From positions 208,210 to 272,209 of the forward strand of contig JBEKZP010000001.1 of assembly GCA_049509755.1 (NCBI GenBank): a stretch of 64,000 bases of DNA. Direction: 5' to 3'. The notes under the pieces are model-generated. The model made no database searches. It was not told the DNA's origin and was given only the letters and a program-made list of their open reading frames with translations. The translations under genes and the position numbers were made by a program. Source of the DNA: Terriglobales bacterium. Lineage in GTDB: Bacteria; Acidobacteriota; Terriglobia; Terriglobales; Acidobacteriaceae. Numbering within the stretch: position 1 is the first letter of the stretch; every line of letters starts with the position of its first letter. Below, piece after piece: positions 9,106-18,200 of this stretch.

Positions 9106-9624
9106 ATGGCGAACATGAATACACCCCAACGGCAGCAATGGCTTACGCGAGCAATGGTGCTGGTCGTGGTGTTCGTGGCTGCCGTGAGTATGCACATGGA
9201 GCGGTTACGCGGGTGGGGATTCCTTGTTCTCTGCTTCGTCGTCGGGTCGATAGGAGGGTTGGGATTTGTGTGGGTAAAGGGCCGATTCCAGTTGGCTTGG
9301 AATGGGCTACCCAAAACGCGACAGGCGGTTCTCGTTGGCGCTGCTATCGCCGTCGTGCTGGTCGCAGCCTTCATCTTGAATTACGGCAGCCCGGACGCGG
9401 CTTTTAACAATTTCGTGACCGTGGGTTGCATCATTCTCGCCTTACTGCTGTGGGCCTGTATCGATTCTTATCGCGCCTTCTTGATGCCATTTGGGCGCAC
9501 TTCGCTAATCGGTAGGAACACCGACTGGATGCGAATTCATGCTAACTGTTGTGAAATCCCCTTATCACCAGTGACGGCTTTCGTGCCGTCCCTACGGGAC
9601 TCTGAAGTTCTTTTAGCCAGCTAA
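9106..9624 (+). CDS. Hypothetical integral membrane protein (4 predicted TM helices). The start is chosen at MANMN
   Basis: Hydrophobic segments VLVVVFVAAV, FLVLCFVVGSIGGLGFVWV, AVLVGAAIAVVLVAAFIL and VTVGCIILALLLWACI. No family was recognised. Confidence 0.5.
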   Translation: MANMNTPQRQQWLTRAMVLVVVFVAAVSMHMERLRGWGFLVLCFVVGSIGGLGFVWVKGRFQLAWNGLPKTRQAVLVGAAIAVVLVAAFILNYGSPDAAFNNFVTVGCIILALLLWACIDSYRAFLMPFGRTSLIGRNTDWMRIHANCCEIPLSPVTAFVPSLRDSEVLLAS

Positions 9625-9655
9625 CCCCGGGCTTACGCCCGGGGCTAGTTTCTGC
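9625..9655 (+). terminator. Rho-independent terminator candidate
   Basis: GC hairpin ccccgggcttacgcccgggg followed by the T-rich ctagtttctg, immediately after the stop of the upstream gene. Confidence 0.5.
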
Positions 9656-9762
9656 CGCCGCTACGCGGCTGGATTCGCGACTGGCGATCAATCCCATATC
9701 ACCAGCAATCCCCGTTGGTTTCCGCGCGCTGCTTAAGTTCAGTAGCTCGTGCGCGAGCCCCG

Positions 9763-9794
9763 CAGAGCCTGCCATGAGCGAAGTCGAAGGGTCA
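9763..9794 (+). repeat. Copy of the dispersed ~30-nt element
   Basis: cagagcctgccatgagcgaagtcgaagggtca. Confidence 0.7.
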
Positions 9795-9833
9795 GTGCCG
9801 GGAAAGCTCACACCAAATCTCTTCCCAGTCCCG

Positions 9834-9866
9834 TAGAGCCTGCCCTGAGCGCAGTCGAAGGGGACG
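9834..9866 (+). repeat. Copy of the dispersed ~30-nt element
   Basis: tagagcctgccctgagcgcagtcgaaggggacg. Confidence 0.7.
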
Positions 9867-9895
9867 GCACGAATGGCGTCAAATTACCCGCCGCT

Positions 9896-10705
9896 TCAAA
9901 GCCGGTTGGTCAGCGCCAGTTCTTCCAGGTTCAGCTTGCTCACTCCAGGAATCGCTTCCACGAAGCCGCGGATTTTCTTCGCCTGCCCCGGCGTGTCAAT
10001 GTCGCCCTTGACAGACACCTGGCCGCTGCGCGCCACCACCTCAAACTGCAGGTCGCAGGTGGCCGGATTCATCGCCAGGTTGGCCTTGACGCAGCTTGCC
10101 AGCGCCAGGTCCTCGATGGCTGCCTGCGTTTCGGCCGTGGGCTGAAAGCTCTTCGACTGCGCCAGCACACAGATGGCCTCGCAGGCTTCCTCCAGGTTCA
10201 TCTGCTCCAGGTTGAGCACCAGGTCGTAGAGCGACGCGTCGGCCCAATCCACGCCGTAGAGGAAGCGCGTCCACTTGCGCCGGTCGGCGTCGATGGTTTC
10301 GACGTACTCGACCGCTTCCTTGCGCTTCAAGTTCATGCGCTCCTGCACCTGGGCGATACGAAACTCCATCGGGGCAATGATCCGCGTGCGCAGAATGTGC
10401 AGTCCCTTGCCGAGGAGAAGATGGCCGGCGAGACCGTGGTAGATGGCGTCGCCGTGCCGGACGTCCTCGGCCAGCGCCGCCTGGATGAAGGCCAGGTAAA
10501 TGTACTTGGTGTGCTGCGACTGGCCGAAAAAGCTGGGCGGCTTTTCGATGGCTGTCCGCAGATCGTCCTGCGACACGCCCCATTCCGCCGCCTTGCGGAT
10601 CACCTGGTCGCGATCAATGTAGCGGTATCCGAGCCTGCGGGCGAGAGCCTCGGCCAACATCTTGCCGCCGCTGAACGATCCTCTCGATATGGTGATGATT
10701 GCCAC
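9896..10705 (-). CDS. Cytidylate-kinase-like family P-loop protein with a C-terminal BON domain. It uses a GTG start with an AAGGGGAGG RBS
   Basis: IITISRGSFSGGKMLAEALARRLGYRYIDRDQV (cytidylate kinase-like family). C-terminal VSVKGDIDTPGQAKKIRGFVEAIPGVSKL is BON-like. Confidence 0.65.
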   Translation of the reverse strand: MAIITISRGSFSGGKMLAEALARRLGYRYIDRDQVIRKAAEWGVSQDDLRTAIEKPPSFFGQSQHTKYIYLAFIQAALAEDVRHGDAIYHGLAGHLLLGKGLHILRTRIIAPMEFRIAQVQERMNLKRKEAVEYVETIDADRRKWTRFLYGVDWADASLYDLVLNLEQMNLEEACEAICVLAQSKSFQPTAETQAAIEDLALASCVKANLAMNPATCDLQFEVVARSGQVSVKGDIDTPGQAKKIRGFVEAIPGVSKLNLEELALTNRL

Positions 10706-10858
10706 GGTCGCCTCCCCTTCGCTTGCGAGCTTGCCGCGGCTGTCCCGGCGACAAGGTTCACCCCGGACAATTACCACCTGGCGCCAACAATTACGGTGAT
10801 GGGCCTCACCGTTGCGCGTGCGCCTTTTCGGGGTTACCAGATGAGAACGGCTGTGAGT

Positions 10859-11092
10859 TTATAGATGATCGTTTGCGGAATGCCGAAGGTCAGGGTCGGT
10901 GGGGATTCCCGGCCGGCTGCCCTCAAAGACGACAGTTGGCGGAAAGTAGTAGCGCTGGCCGCAACGGTCGCAGCGATAGGCTCGAATCAGGAGCAGCCGA
11001 AGGGCAACTGATTTGACAATGCCGCGCCGGCGGGAACGATGGAGCTCGCCGTCGCAGTTCGGACATTTATCGACTGGGTAGATAAGCTTCAC
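10859..11092 (-). CDS. Small zinc-ribbon protein (MJ0042-type CPxC...RCxxCG)
   Basis: KCPNCDGELHRSRRRG...YRCDRCGQRYYF. Confidence 0.45.
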   Translation of the reverse strand: MKLIYPVDKCPNCDGELHRSRRRGIVKSVALRLLLIRAYRCDRCGQRYYFPPTVVFEGSRPGIPTDPDLRHSANDHL

Positions 11093-11168
11093 TGGGAAAT
11101 AGAGTACCCGCCGGGGTGGGCAGAAACCGTGACGCGCATCACATCCGAGGCAGGCGAATCAGGGTTGT

Positions 11169-11360
11169 TCAGTGGCGCCAGGAATACAGGCGCAGCAGGC
11201 AGTCGTGGCAACTGTTCAAATGCAGCCCGAAAAACTTCAGCGCCTGCGCTGCCGGCTTTCCCGACGGCAGGCGATCAACCTTGTGGCTGCCGCAGCGAGG
11301 GCAACGCTTGATCGGCATGAACAGCGCATACACGCGATGTACGGTGATGGACTTCGCCAT
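11169..11360 (-). CDS. Small zinc-ribbon protein, paralog of 10859..11092
   Basis: RCPRCGSHKVDRLPSG...LNSCHDCLLRLY. Confidence 0.4.
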   Translation of the reverse strand: MAKSITVHRVYALFMPIKRCPRCGSHKVDRLPSGKPAAQALKFFGLHLNSCHDCLLRLYSWRH

Positions 11361-11526
11361 GCTATGTGCTCGGTGAGTCGGGGAACGTTTGCCAGATTAT
11401 CGCAAACCAGGAAGGTCCGAAATTCGGCGTTTCGGATTCGAGTTCCGCACTTCGGCCACCACAGCCGACGATAACGGCCTTGCTCTCCAGCCAGCGAATG
11501 TACCACCGTCTGGTTTGAATTGCACC

Positions 11527-11751
11527 GTGATTGGCGGTTGGAGTATTGTTTGTCTTATTCCTATACTGCAATATTTATTCTCGACTGGGCGCTGTCCGTC
11601 GTGCGGCAGCACAGACGTTGGGCGGTCGCATCGCGCCAATCGAGGAGAAATCCGCTTGTCGTGGATTCGGTTGTGGCCATTGCGCTGCAACGGTTGCGGC
11701 GCCAGGTGGATGGTGTTGAGCTGGAAAGACCCCAAGGGCCCGCCCAACTAG
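11527..11751 (+). CDS. Small zinc-ribbon protein with a hydrophobic N-terminus, the third paralog. GTG start; the start position is uncertain
   Basis: GRCPSCGSTDVGRSHRANRGEIRLSWIRLWPLRCNGCGARW. Confidence 0.35.
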   Translation: MIGGWSIVCLIPILQYLFSTGRCPSCGSTDVGRSHRANRGEIRLSWIRLWPLRCNGCGARWMVLSWKDPKGPPN

Positions 11752-11758
11752 ACCACCA

Positions 11759-13189
11759 TCAGGCTTTAGGATTGGGCAGCAACGCCGTGGCCGCCGCCTG
11801 TCCCGACGCAATGCAGTCCGGAACGCCGATGCCGCGATAGGCGTTTCCCGCCAGCTCCAGCCCCGGAATTCCGCGCCGCAATTCTTCAATCCGCCGCACG
11901 CGCGCCAGGTGCCCGCGGACGTACTGCGCCATGGCACCGCGCCAGCGGTACACGCGCGCGAAGCGGGGCGCGGCGGTGATGCCGACGATGTCACCCAGGT
12001 CCTTGGCGACGGCGGCGAACACTTCATCGTCGGGTGTATCGAGCACCGCCTCGTTTCCCCATCCGCCGATGAAGCAGCGCACCAGGCCGCGGCCGGGCGG
12101 CGCGCGGTGCGGAAACTTCACGTGCACGAAGGTGCAGGCCAGGATGCGCCGGCCCTCGCTGCGCGGAACCAGAAAACCGAATCCCGGCGGCGCGGAGGCG
12201 AGATCGCGCTGGTCGTAGCCGCAGACCACGACCATCGAGGAGCTGTAGGGAATCTGCTGCAACTCCTCCGCCAGCGGCGCGCTGATCCTTTCCAGCAGGA
12301 GTCCCGCCTGGTTCGCCGGAAGCGCCATGATGACCGCGTCGAATTCTTCCATCGAGCCCTGCTCGGGCGCGACTATCCACTTCTCGTCCTGGCGGCCGAG
12401 CGCGACCACCTTGTTCCCGGTACGCGCCGCGCCCTCGGCGAGCTGCGGCACGATGGTGTCCACCAGTTGCTGCATGCCGCCCTTCAGCGAGGTAAACAGC
12501 GGAGGCGGCGCCACACGTGCGCTGCTCGCGCCAGCGCGCACGGCTTGCTGGCGTTGCTTGCGCGCTTCGAGCATGCCGCGGCTGAGCGAGCCATAGCGCT
12601 TTTCCATTTCGACGAAGCGCGGCAACACGGCGGCGGCGCTGAGGTCGGCGGCCGCCCCACCATACACGCCGGCGAGCAGCGGGTCAGCCAGGCGCTCCAC
12701 CATCTCCGGGCCGAAATGGCGCTCTACCAACTCGGCGACGGTTTCGTCGCGCTCGCCGCCGCGCGCATTGGGTTTCTGGAAGTATTCGCGGGCGAAGCGC
12801 AGCTTGGCGCCCCACGAAAACAGCGGCGTCGAAATGATGGGCGCGATCTTGGTCGGCACCATGAACATCAGGCCATCGGGGATCGGGACCAGCCGGCCTT
12901 TGACGAGGATGTAGGTGATGCGATCGGGATCGTTGGATCCGATGAGCTGGTCGCCCAGCCCGAGCGAGCGCACGAAATCCAGGCCCCAGGATTTTTCGGT
13001 AAGGAAAGAATCAGGCCCGGCTTCGACCAGGCAATCGTCCACGCGCTCCGTGATCAGCACGCCGCCCAGCCGCGGCGCGGCCTCGAAGACAGCGTATTCA
13101 AGTTCCGCGCCCGCAGCCCGCGCGCGCTCCAGCGTAATCGCGGCGCTCAGTCCGCTGGTCCCGCCGCCGATGATGGCAATGCGCTTCAA
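11759..13189 (-). CDS. hemY: Protoporphyrinogen/coproporphyrinogen oxidase (HemY/PPOX family, FAD-dependent)
   Basis: MKRIAIIGGGTSGLSAAITL dinucleotide-binding N-terminus, a length of 476 aa, and the adjacent hemH and hemE. Confidence 0.85.
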   Translation of the reverse strand: MKRIAIIGGGTSGLSAAITLERARAAGAELEYAVFEAAPRLGGVLITERVDDCLVEAGPDSFLTEKSWGLDFVRSLGLGDQLIGSNDPDRITYILVKGRLVPIPDGLMFMVPTKIAPIISTPLFSWGAKLRFAREYFQKPNARGGERDETVAELVERHFGPEMVERLADPLLAGVYGGAAADLSAAAVLPRFVEMEKRYGSLSRGMLEARKQRQQAVRAGASSARVAPPPLFTSLKGGMQQLVDTIVPQLAEGAARTGNKVVALGRQDEKWIVAPEQGSMEEFDAVIMALPANQAGLLLERISAPLAEELQQIPYSSSMVVVCGYDQRDLASAPPGFGFLVPRSEGRRILACTFVHVKFPHRAPPGRGLVRCFIGGWGNEAVLDTPDDEVFAAVAKDLGDIVGITAAPRFARVYRWRGAMAQYVRGHLARVRRIEELRRGIPGLELAGNAYRGIGVPDCIASGQAAATALLPNPKA

Positions 13190-13202
13190 GAAAAAACCTT
13201 GG

Positions 13203-13280
13203 CCACGGATTTACACGGATACACACGGATCAACCAAAACAGATAAGAAGAAATCCGTGAGCATCCGTGAGAATCCGTGG
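13203..13280. repeat. Hairpin of tandem CACGGAT-type units and their complement between hemY and hemH
   Basis: ccacggatttacacggatacacacggat ... atccgtgagcatccgtgagaatccgtgg. Confidence 0.75.
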
Positions 13281-14297
13281 CTAGCCTTTTGATTTTATCT
13301 GCACCAGCGGTTTCGTGGGTTCCGGCTGCTCCAGGCGCGAGCGCGCAACGTCGGCAATCGCGGCCAGGAACGCAGGCGAATCGTTCAGCGACTCGGCGCG
13401 CCACAGCCGCATGCCCTGCTTCCCGGCGAACTGCCGGAAGCCGATGTCAATGTCGTACAGCACCTCGACGTGGTCGCAAACAAAACCAATCGGCTGGATG
13501 AACACGCCGCGGTGTCCTTTGGCTTGGAGCGCGAGAATCGTGTCCTCGACCGTCGGCCCGAGCCACGCGCCACCCGACATGCCCTGGCTCTGGAAGGCGA
13601 AGGTCCAGTCGTCGCCGTGGAGCGACGGGACTTCCATGGCGACCATCTCCGCGGTTTCTCTCGCCTGCTGCTCGTAAGGATCGCCGGCCTCGATGGTGCG
13701 GGTTGGAACGCTGTGCGCGGTAAAGATGATGGGCAGGCGCGCGCCCATTTCGTCACCGGCGCGTTTCCAGCCGGCTTGCAGTTTTTCGGCAAAGGCGCGG
13801 ATGAGCAGCGGGTGATCGTGCCAGTTCTCAACAAAGTCGATGGCGAAGGGCGGCTCGCCCAGCGCGCGCCGGTAAAGCCCGACGCTGGTCTGCGAGTTCT
13901 GCGGCGCCAGACAGATGACGACCGCGTTCGTGATGCCGTCTCTCGCCATTTGTTGAACCGTGTCGGCGATGAAGGGCTTCCAATTGCGCATGCCGACGTA
14001 CACCCGCGTTCGAGGGCGAACGCGCTCCAACTCGCGTTGTACGCCATTGGCCTGCTTCATGGTGATTTCCGTGAGCGGCGAGTGGCCGATGAGCCCGTAG
14101 CGATGCTTGATCTCTTCGACGACCGGCGGAGGAAGAGGGCGTCCGGCGATGTTGCGCAGGAATTCCGGGACCTCGTCAGGTGTGTCGGGATTGCCGTGGG
14201 CGAGCAGGAGGACCCCCGTCGATGGTCCCCTCGGCTTCGCTCGGGGCAGGCTCTGGTCGGCGGTCGACGGGGAATTCACTGCGCTTCGCCGAACCAT
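13281..14297 (-). CDS. hemH: Ferrochelatase. The ORF track extends to 14537, but the N-terminal 80 aa are Arg/Pro junk. The start is taken at Met81 and the true start remains uncertain (see 14226-14257)
   Basis: GVLLLAHGNPDTPDEVPEFLRNI...RYGLIGHSPL ferrochelatase N-terminus, and a characteristic length. Confidence 0.8.
   Translation of the reverse strand: MVRRSAVNSPSTADQSLPRAKPRGPSTGVLLLAHGNPDTPDEVPEFLRNIAGRPLPPPVVEEIKHRYGLIGHSPLTEITMKQANGVQRELERVRPRTRVYVGMRNWKPFIADTVQQMARDGITNAVVICLAPQNSQTSVGLYRRALGEPPFAIDFVENWHDHPLLIRAFAEKLQAGWKRAGDEMGARLPIIFTAHSVPTRTIEAGDPYEQQARETAEMVAMEVPSLHGDDWTFAFQSQGMSGGAWLGPTVEDTILALQAKGHRGVFIQPIGFVCDHVEVLYDIDIGFRQFAGKQGMRLWRAESLNDSPAFLAAIADVARSRLEQPEPTKPLVQIKSKG
14226..14257 (-). 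repeat. Copy of the dispersed ~30-nt element at the hemE/hemH junction, inside the annotated 5' end of hemH
   Basis: The minus strand reads gaccagagcctgccccgagcgaagccgaggggac (encoding DQSLPRAKPRG). Confidence 0.65.
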
Positions 14298-15349
14298 TCG
14301 ACCCTGGCGGCCGTCGCGTACTTCGCCGAATAGTGGTGCACGAAATCGCAAAGGTCCTTCACGTGGTCCACGGGTGTGTCGGGCAGAATGCCGTGGCCGA
14401 GGTTGAAAATGTGACCGGGGCGTCCGCCGGCGCGCTGCAGCACGTCTTCCGCCTGGGCGTGGATTTCCTTCTTGTTGGCGAACAGCACCACGGGATCGAG
14501 ATTGCCCTGCACGGCGCCGCCGCCGATGTTCTTCCACGCGGCATCCAGCGGGATGCGCCAGTCCACGCCGATCACGTCGGCGCCGGTTTCCTTCATCGCC
14601 GGCAGCAGCATGGCCGTGTCGGTGCCGAAATAAATCACCGGCACGCCGGCGTGCTTGACGCGCTGCACCAGTTCGGTGGTACGCGGCAGCACGAACCGCC
14701 GGTAGTCGGCGAGGCTGAGGCAGCCGACCCAGGAATCGAAGATCTGCACCACGTCGGCGCCACTGCGCGCCTGCTCGATCACGTAATCGCCGAGCACGGA
14801 GATGAGCTTGGCCATCATCTCGTCCCAGGCGTCGGGGGTGCGGTACATGAGTTTCTTGGTCTCGACGTAGTTGCGCGAGCCGCCGCCTTCGATCATGTAG
14901 CTGGCCAGGGTAAAGGGCGCGCCGCAGAAGCCGATGACCGGCAGCTTCGGCCCGAAGTGCTGCACCACCAGGCGCACCGAATCCGCAACGTAATTGAGAT
15001 CGGCGGCCAGGTCCACGCGCAGCGCGTGTACATCCGCGGCGGTGCGCACCGGCTTCTCGATCACCGGCCCTTCGCCCGCCTGGAAGTGGAATGGAATGCC
15101 CATCACTTCCAGGGGCAGCAGCAGGTCGGCAAAAATGATGGCTGCGTCCACGCCGAGGATCTCCGCCGCTTCAATGGTGACCTGCGCCGCCAGCTTGGGT
15201 GTTTTGCAGATTTCGACGATCGAGTGGTGCTTGCGCACCTCGCGGTACTCGGCCATGTAGCGGCCCGCCTGGCGCATGAACCACACCGGCGTTACCGGCG
15301 TTGGCTGGCCCTTGCAGGCACGGACAAAGTGGGATTCGGGGGCTGACAT
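14276..15349 (-). CDS. hemE: Uroporphyrinogen decarboxylase
   Basis: PVWFMRQAGRYMAEYR signature N-terminus, 357 aa. Confidence 0.9.
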   Translation of the reverse strand: MSAPESHFVRACKGQPTPVTPVWFMRQAGRYMAEYREVRKHHSIVEICKTPKLAAQVTIEAAEILGVDAAIIFADLLLPLEVMGIPFHFQAGEGPVIEKPVRTAADVHALRVDLAADLNYVADSVRLVVQHFGPKLPVIGFCGAPFTLASYMIEGGGSRNYVETKKLMYRTPDAWDEMMAKLISVLGDYVIEQARSGADVVQIFDSWVGCLSLADYRRFVLPRTTELVQRVKHAGVPVIYFGTDTAMLLPAMKETGADVIGVDWRIPLDAAWKNIGGGAVQGNLDPVVLFANKKEIHAQAEDVLQRAGGRPGHIFNLGHGILPDTPVDHVKDLCDFVHHYSAKYATAARVEWFGEAQ

Positions 15350-15373
15350 GAATCTAACAATGTAACCCAGGCG

Positions 15374-15408
15374 ACGGTTCCTTCGCTACGCTCAGGACAG
15401 GCTTTGGT
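15374..15408 (-). repeat. Diverged copy of the dispersed ~30-nt element upstream of hemE
   Basis: The minus strand reads gaccaaagcctgtcctgagcgtagcgaaggaaccg. Confidence 0.55.
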
Positions 15409-15465
15409 CGATGGTTGGCCGCAAAGGCGTTGTCGGTTTACGGTTGCTGGCGTGAACGGTCAGTC

Positions 15466-15541
15466 GGTCTGTCGGTCTCTCGGTCCATCCGTCCTGGAGT
15501 TCCCGGAGACGCATCTAGACCGATCGACCGATCGACCGAAA
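15466..15541. repeat. Hairpin of tandem CGGTC(T/A) units and their complement
   Basis: cggtcagtcggtctgtcggtctctcggtcc ... gaccgatcgaccgatcgaccgaa. Confidence 0.7.
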
Positions 15542-15703
15542 GCCTGACCGGGCAAGGGGTTTGACAGGTCTCGGGCGACGGGACTAGTGTTCAAAAATGG
15601 CTACGGCCGGGCCGAAGCGCGTGCCAGGCAGCGCAACAATCGTCCAGCACGCGGGTTACCAACATCAGCCACTTAGTCAACTGAAGTTTCCCCCTGCGGG
15701 GAG

Positions 15704-16291
15704 GTGAATATGAGAATCACGAAGGTGGCCTTAGCAGTGGCGGTATTTTTCCTGATGACCAGTGCCAGCTTCGCCCAGGCACCCGGGTGGCAGAACGATC
15801 GGGACAACCGCTGGGGCAACTGGGGATACCAGGGCGGCCAGGACAAGGCCTACGATCGCGGGGTGCGCGACGGTCGCGAAGACCGGGAGCACAGGCGCAA
15901 CTGGCATCCTCGCAATCAAGGTCAAGCGTACCTGAACGGGTACCGCGCCGGTTATGGCACGAATGAGGGTTACCGCAGCGGCAACAATGGCGGCACGTAC
16001 CGCGGTCCCAACGGGCCTTACGGCGGCAACAATCCGTACGGCGGGTACGGCGGCAACAACGGGCAGAACGTCGCTTACAACAACGGGTATCAGAGCGGCC
16101 TGTCTTACGGGACGACGGACCGCAACACCGGGCACAGCAACCGCCCAACCTACAGCAGCACCTATCAGAACGGCGACAGTGGCTATAACTCCTCCATGGG
16201 CAACAGGTCGGCGTACAAGGGTGCGTTCCAGCAAGGCTTTATGGCCGGCTACGAACGCGGCTACAGCGGCGGCGGCGGGCGGAGGTACTAG
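15704..16291 (+). CDS. Secreted Gly/Asn/Tyr/Arg-rich low-complexity protein
   Basis: Strong RBS (ggggaggtgaatATG), a signal peptide MNMRITKVALAVAVFFLMTSASFAQA, then NGGTYRGPNGPYGGNNPYGGYGGNNGQN repeats. Confidence 0.6.
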   Translation: MNMRITKVALAVAVFFLMTSASFAQAPGWQNDRDNRWGNWGYQGGQDKAYDRGVRDGREDREHRRNWHPRNQGQAYLNGYRAGYGTNEGYRSGNNGGTYRGPNGPYGGNNPYGGYGGNNGQNVAYNNGYQSGLSYGTTDRNTGHSNRPTYSSTYQNGDSGYNSSMGNRSAYKGAFQQGFMAGYERGYSGGGGRRY

Positions 16292-16326
16292 CAAGTTGTG
16301 ACTTCTGAGTTGTGAGCAAGACAAGA

Positions 16327-16357
16327 ATCGCGGGCCACGCGCCCGCGATTTTTTTAT
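16327..16357 (+). terminator. Rho-independent terminator. It also abuts the ridA stop on the opposite strand and may act bidirectionally
   Basis: atcgcgggccacgcgcccgcgat hairpin followed by TTTTTTT. Confidence 0.7.
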
Positions 16358-16740
16358 CCGACGTAGGCGTCGGCTTCGATTTCCACCAGCATCTCCGGAG
16401 AAATCAGGCGCGCGACCGCGATCATGCTGGTGGCGGGGCGGATCGCGGCGAAGAATTCACCGTGCGCTCGCCCGACCTTCTCCCAATCTTCCATGTGGAT
16501 CAGGTAAATGCGCGTGCGCACCACGTTTTCCAGGCGCGCGCCGGCCTGCCCCAGCGCCCATTCGATATTGCGCAGCGTCTGCACCGCTTGCGCGTAGGCG
16601 TCGCCTGCGCCGACGATGCCGCCGCCCGGCGTGGTGGCGGTGGTTCCCGAGACATGCACGTACGGTCCGATACGCACCGCGCGCGAATAACCGACAAGGG
16701 GTTCCCACGGCGTGCCGCTGGCAATGTTGAGCCGAGTCAT
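16354..16740 (-). CDS. ridA: RidA/YjgF family reactive-intermediate deaminase
   Basis: 128 aa with conserved RidA-family residues (PYVHVSGT...RTRIYL...AVARL...EIEADA). Confidence 0.85.
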   Translation of the reverse strand: MTRLNIASGTPWEPLVGYSRAVRIGPYVHVSGTTATTPGGGIVGAGDAYAQAVQTLRNIEWALGQAGARLENVVRTRIYLIHMEDWEKVGRAHGEFFAAIRPATSMIAVARLISPEMLVEIEADAYVG

Positions 16741-16779
16741 ATTCAGACCTCAGAATTCTAGTTATGAACACGAAGCCCG

Positions 16780-16811
16780 TGGAGCCTGCCCTGAGCGAAG
16801 TCGAAGGGGAC
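16780..16811 (+). repeat. Copy of the dispersed ~30-nt element
   Basis: tggagcctgccctgagcgaagtcgaaggggac. Confidence 0.7.
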
Positions 16812-16820
16812 GGGTGAAAC

Positions 16821-18200
16821 TCAGCTTCTCCGCACTTGCAGCAGCGCCGCATCGAACTCCGGGACCCTGGCTGCTTCTTCCTCCCAGAACGCTTGCGACT
16901 TCATGCCTTCCAGGTACGAATCGGAATAGCCGAACCTGCTCCAGGTCTCCTGCTTGTAGCGGAAGAGCCGCTCCTTCTCCCGGCGAGGCCGGACATCGAG
17001 AATATCGGCGGAAGAGCCGCCGCGGAAGATGGCCTCGAACGATTCATGGAGCGCCGTTTCGGCCGTCATCGGCTTGCGCTTCGCCAACTCCGAGAGCACC
17101 GATGGGTAGCGATCGAAGCCATCGGTCGCGATGGTCACCACATTGTCCCTGGGCCCGAGATTGAGATGTCGCGCCAGCCGGATTGAGCCCAGGATGTTGC
17201 ACAAGCCGGAAATGCCGAAGAGGCCGTCGAACTCGCGCAGCAATCCCGCGCGCACCTGCAGCCGCTTCTCGAGGAACGCCTGCCGCTGCTGCAACAACTC
17301 GAGCCCGACGACGCAATCGTCATCATGGATCAGCATCACGTAGTCGGTGGTCAGCACGTTGTGAATGAGGGTGACCATTTTGTCGCCGATGCCCTCGATG
17401 CGATGCGTTCCGCGGCCGTTGTTGAACAGCGTGGAGCACTGGCGCGGCTCCGGCGCGCAGATGAGCGCGTCGGGAAATTGCGCCTTGATCTCGTCGCCCG
17501 CGGCCAGCGTTCCCGCCGAGCCCGGAGCTGCGACGAACGCCGCCACCTGTCCGTTCCCGTGCGCACGCGCCGCTTCCAGCGCGCTGCCGCCGGTAACGTG
17601 GCGGTGGAATCGGTAATTCGGCAACAGTTCGAACTGCGCCAGCACCTTGTTGCGCGCGTCCTTCTTGTATTCCTCGGTGCGCTCCAGCACCAGGATGACA
17701 TCGCTCTCCGACCCGGGCGTGAGGTCGAGCTTGCCGCCGTATTGCCGGATTCGCTGGTAGCGCTCGGCGCTCATCTGCTCCGGCATGATGACGATGGCGG
17801 GATAACCCTTGAGCTTGGAGATGTAGGCCACGCCGATACCGAAGTTGCCGGTCGAGGGGCCGATGATGGTGTTCTCTCCCTGATGGATCTCGCCCGCCAG
17901 TTCACCTTCCATCAGGGTCGCGTAGGCCGGGCCGACCTTGTGGCTGCCCGAGGGAAACTCGCGTCCCACGAGCACGACGATGTTGGCCTCCACGCCCGTC
18001 AGTTCCTTCGGAAGCACGACGTGGCGGATGGAATTGTCCGGCGCGCGCCAGGTGATGTTGTACAGGTTGATCGGGTCCAGCTCGTTGGCGCGCGCGGCCA
18101 ATGCCTTCTGGCGAATCGCGGGAGGCAGCGTCTCGGGATGAAGCATTTCAGAGTAGGTGGGGCCGAAGCCGGTTGCGGATTCCAGGCGGGGTGCTGGCAT
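16821..18200 (-). CDS. Fold-type II PLP-dependent enzyme (cysteine synthase/CBS-like, tryptophan synthase beta superfamily). It is the first gene of the purine-catabolism operon and occupies the slot where a YgeX-like PLP enzyme would sit
   Basis: SGSHKVGPAY (PLP-lysine) and PSTGNFGIGVAY glycine-rich loop. The exact subfamily was not resolved. Confidence 0.6.
   Translation of the reverse strand: MPAPRLESATGFGPTYSEMLHPETLPPAIRQKALAARANELDPINLYNITWRAPDNSIRHVVLPKELTGVEANIVVLVGREFPSGSHKVGPAYATLMEGELAGEIHQGENTIIGPSTGNFGIGVAYISKLKGYPAIVIMPEQMSAERYQRIRQYGGKLDLTPGSESDVILVLERTEEYKKDARNKVLAQFELLPNYRFHRHVTGGSALEAARAHGNGQVAAFVAAPGSAGTLAAGDEIKAQFPDALICAPEPRQCSTLFNNGRGTHRIEGIGDKMVTLIHNVLTTDYVMLIHDDDCVVGLELLQQRQAFLEKRLQVRAGLLREFDGLFGISGLCNILGSIRLARHLNLGPRDNVVTIATDGFDRYPSVLSELAKRKPMTAETALHESFEAIFRGGSSADILDVRPRREKERLFRYKQETWSRFGYSDSYLEGMKSQAFWEEEAARVPEFDAALLQVRRS

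Noticed and set aside
13281-14537. The 418-aa hemH ORF, which has an 80-aa Arg/Pro-rich N-terminal extension and would overlap hemE by 260 nt
   Set aside because: The extension has no ferrochelatase similarity, is compositionally junk and overlaps the hemE 3' end. A shorter start is used. The exact start still remains ambiguous because of the 30-nt element.
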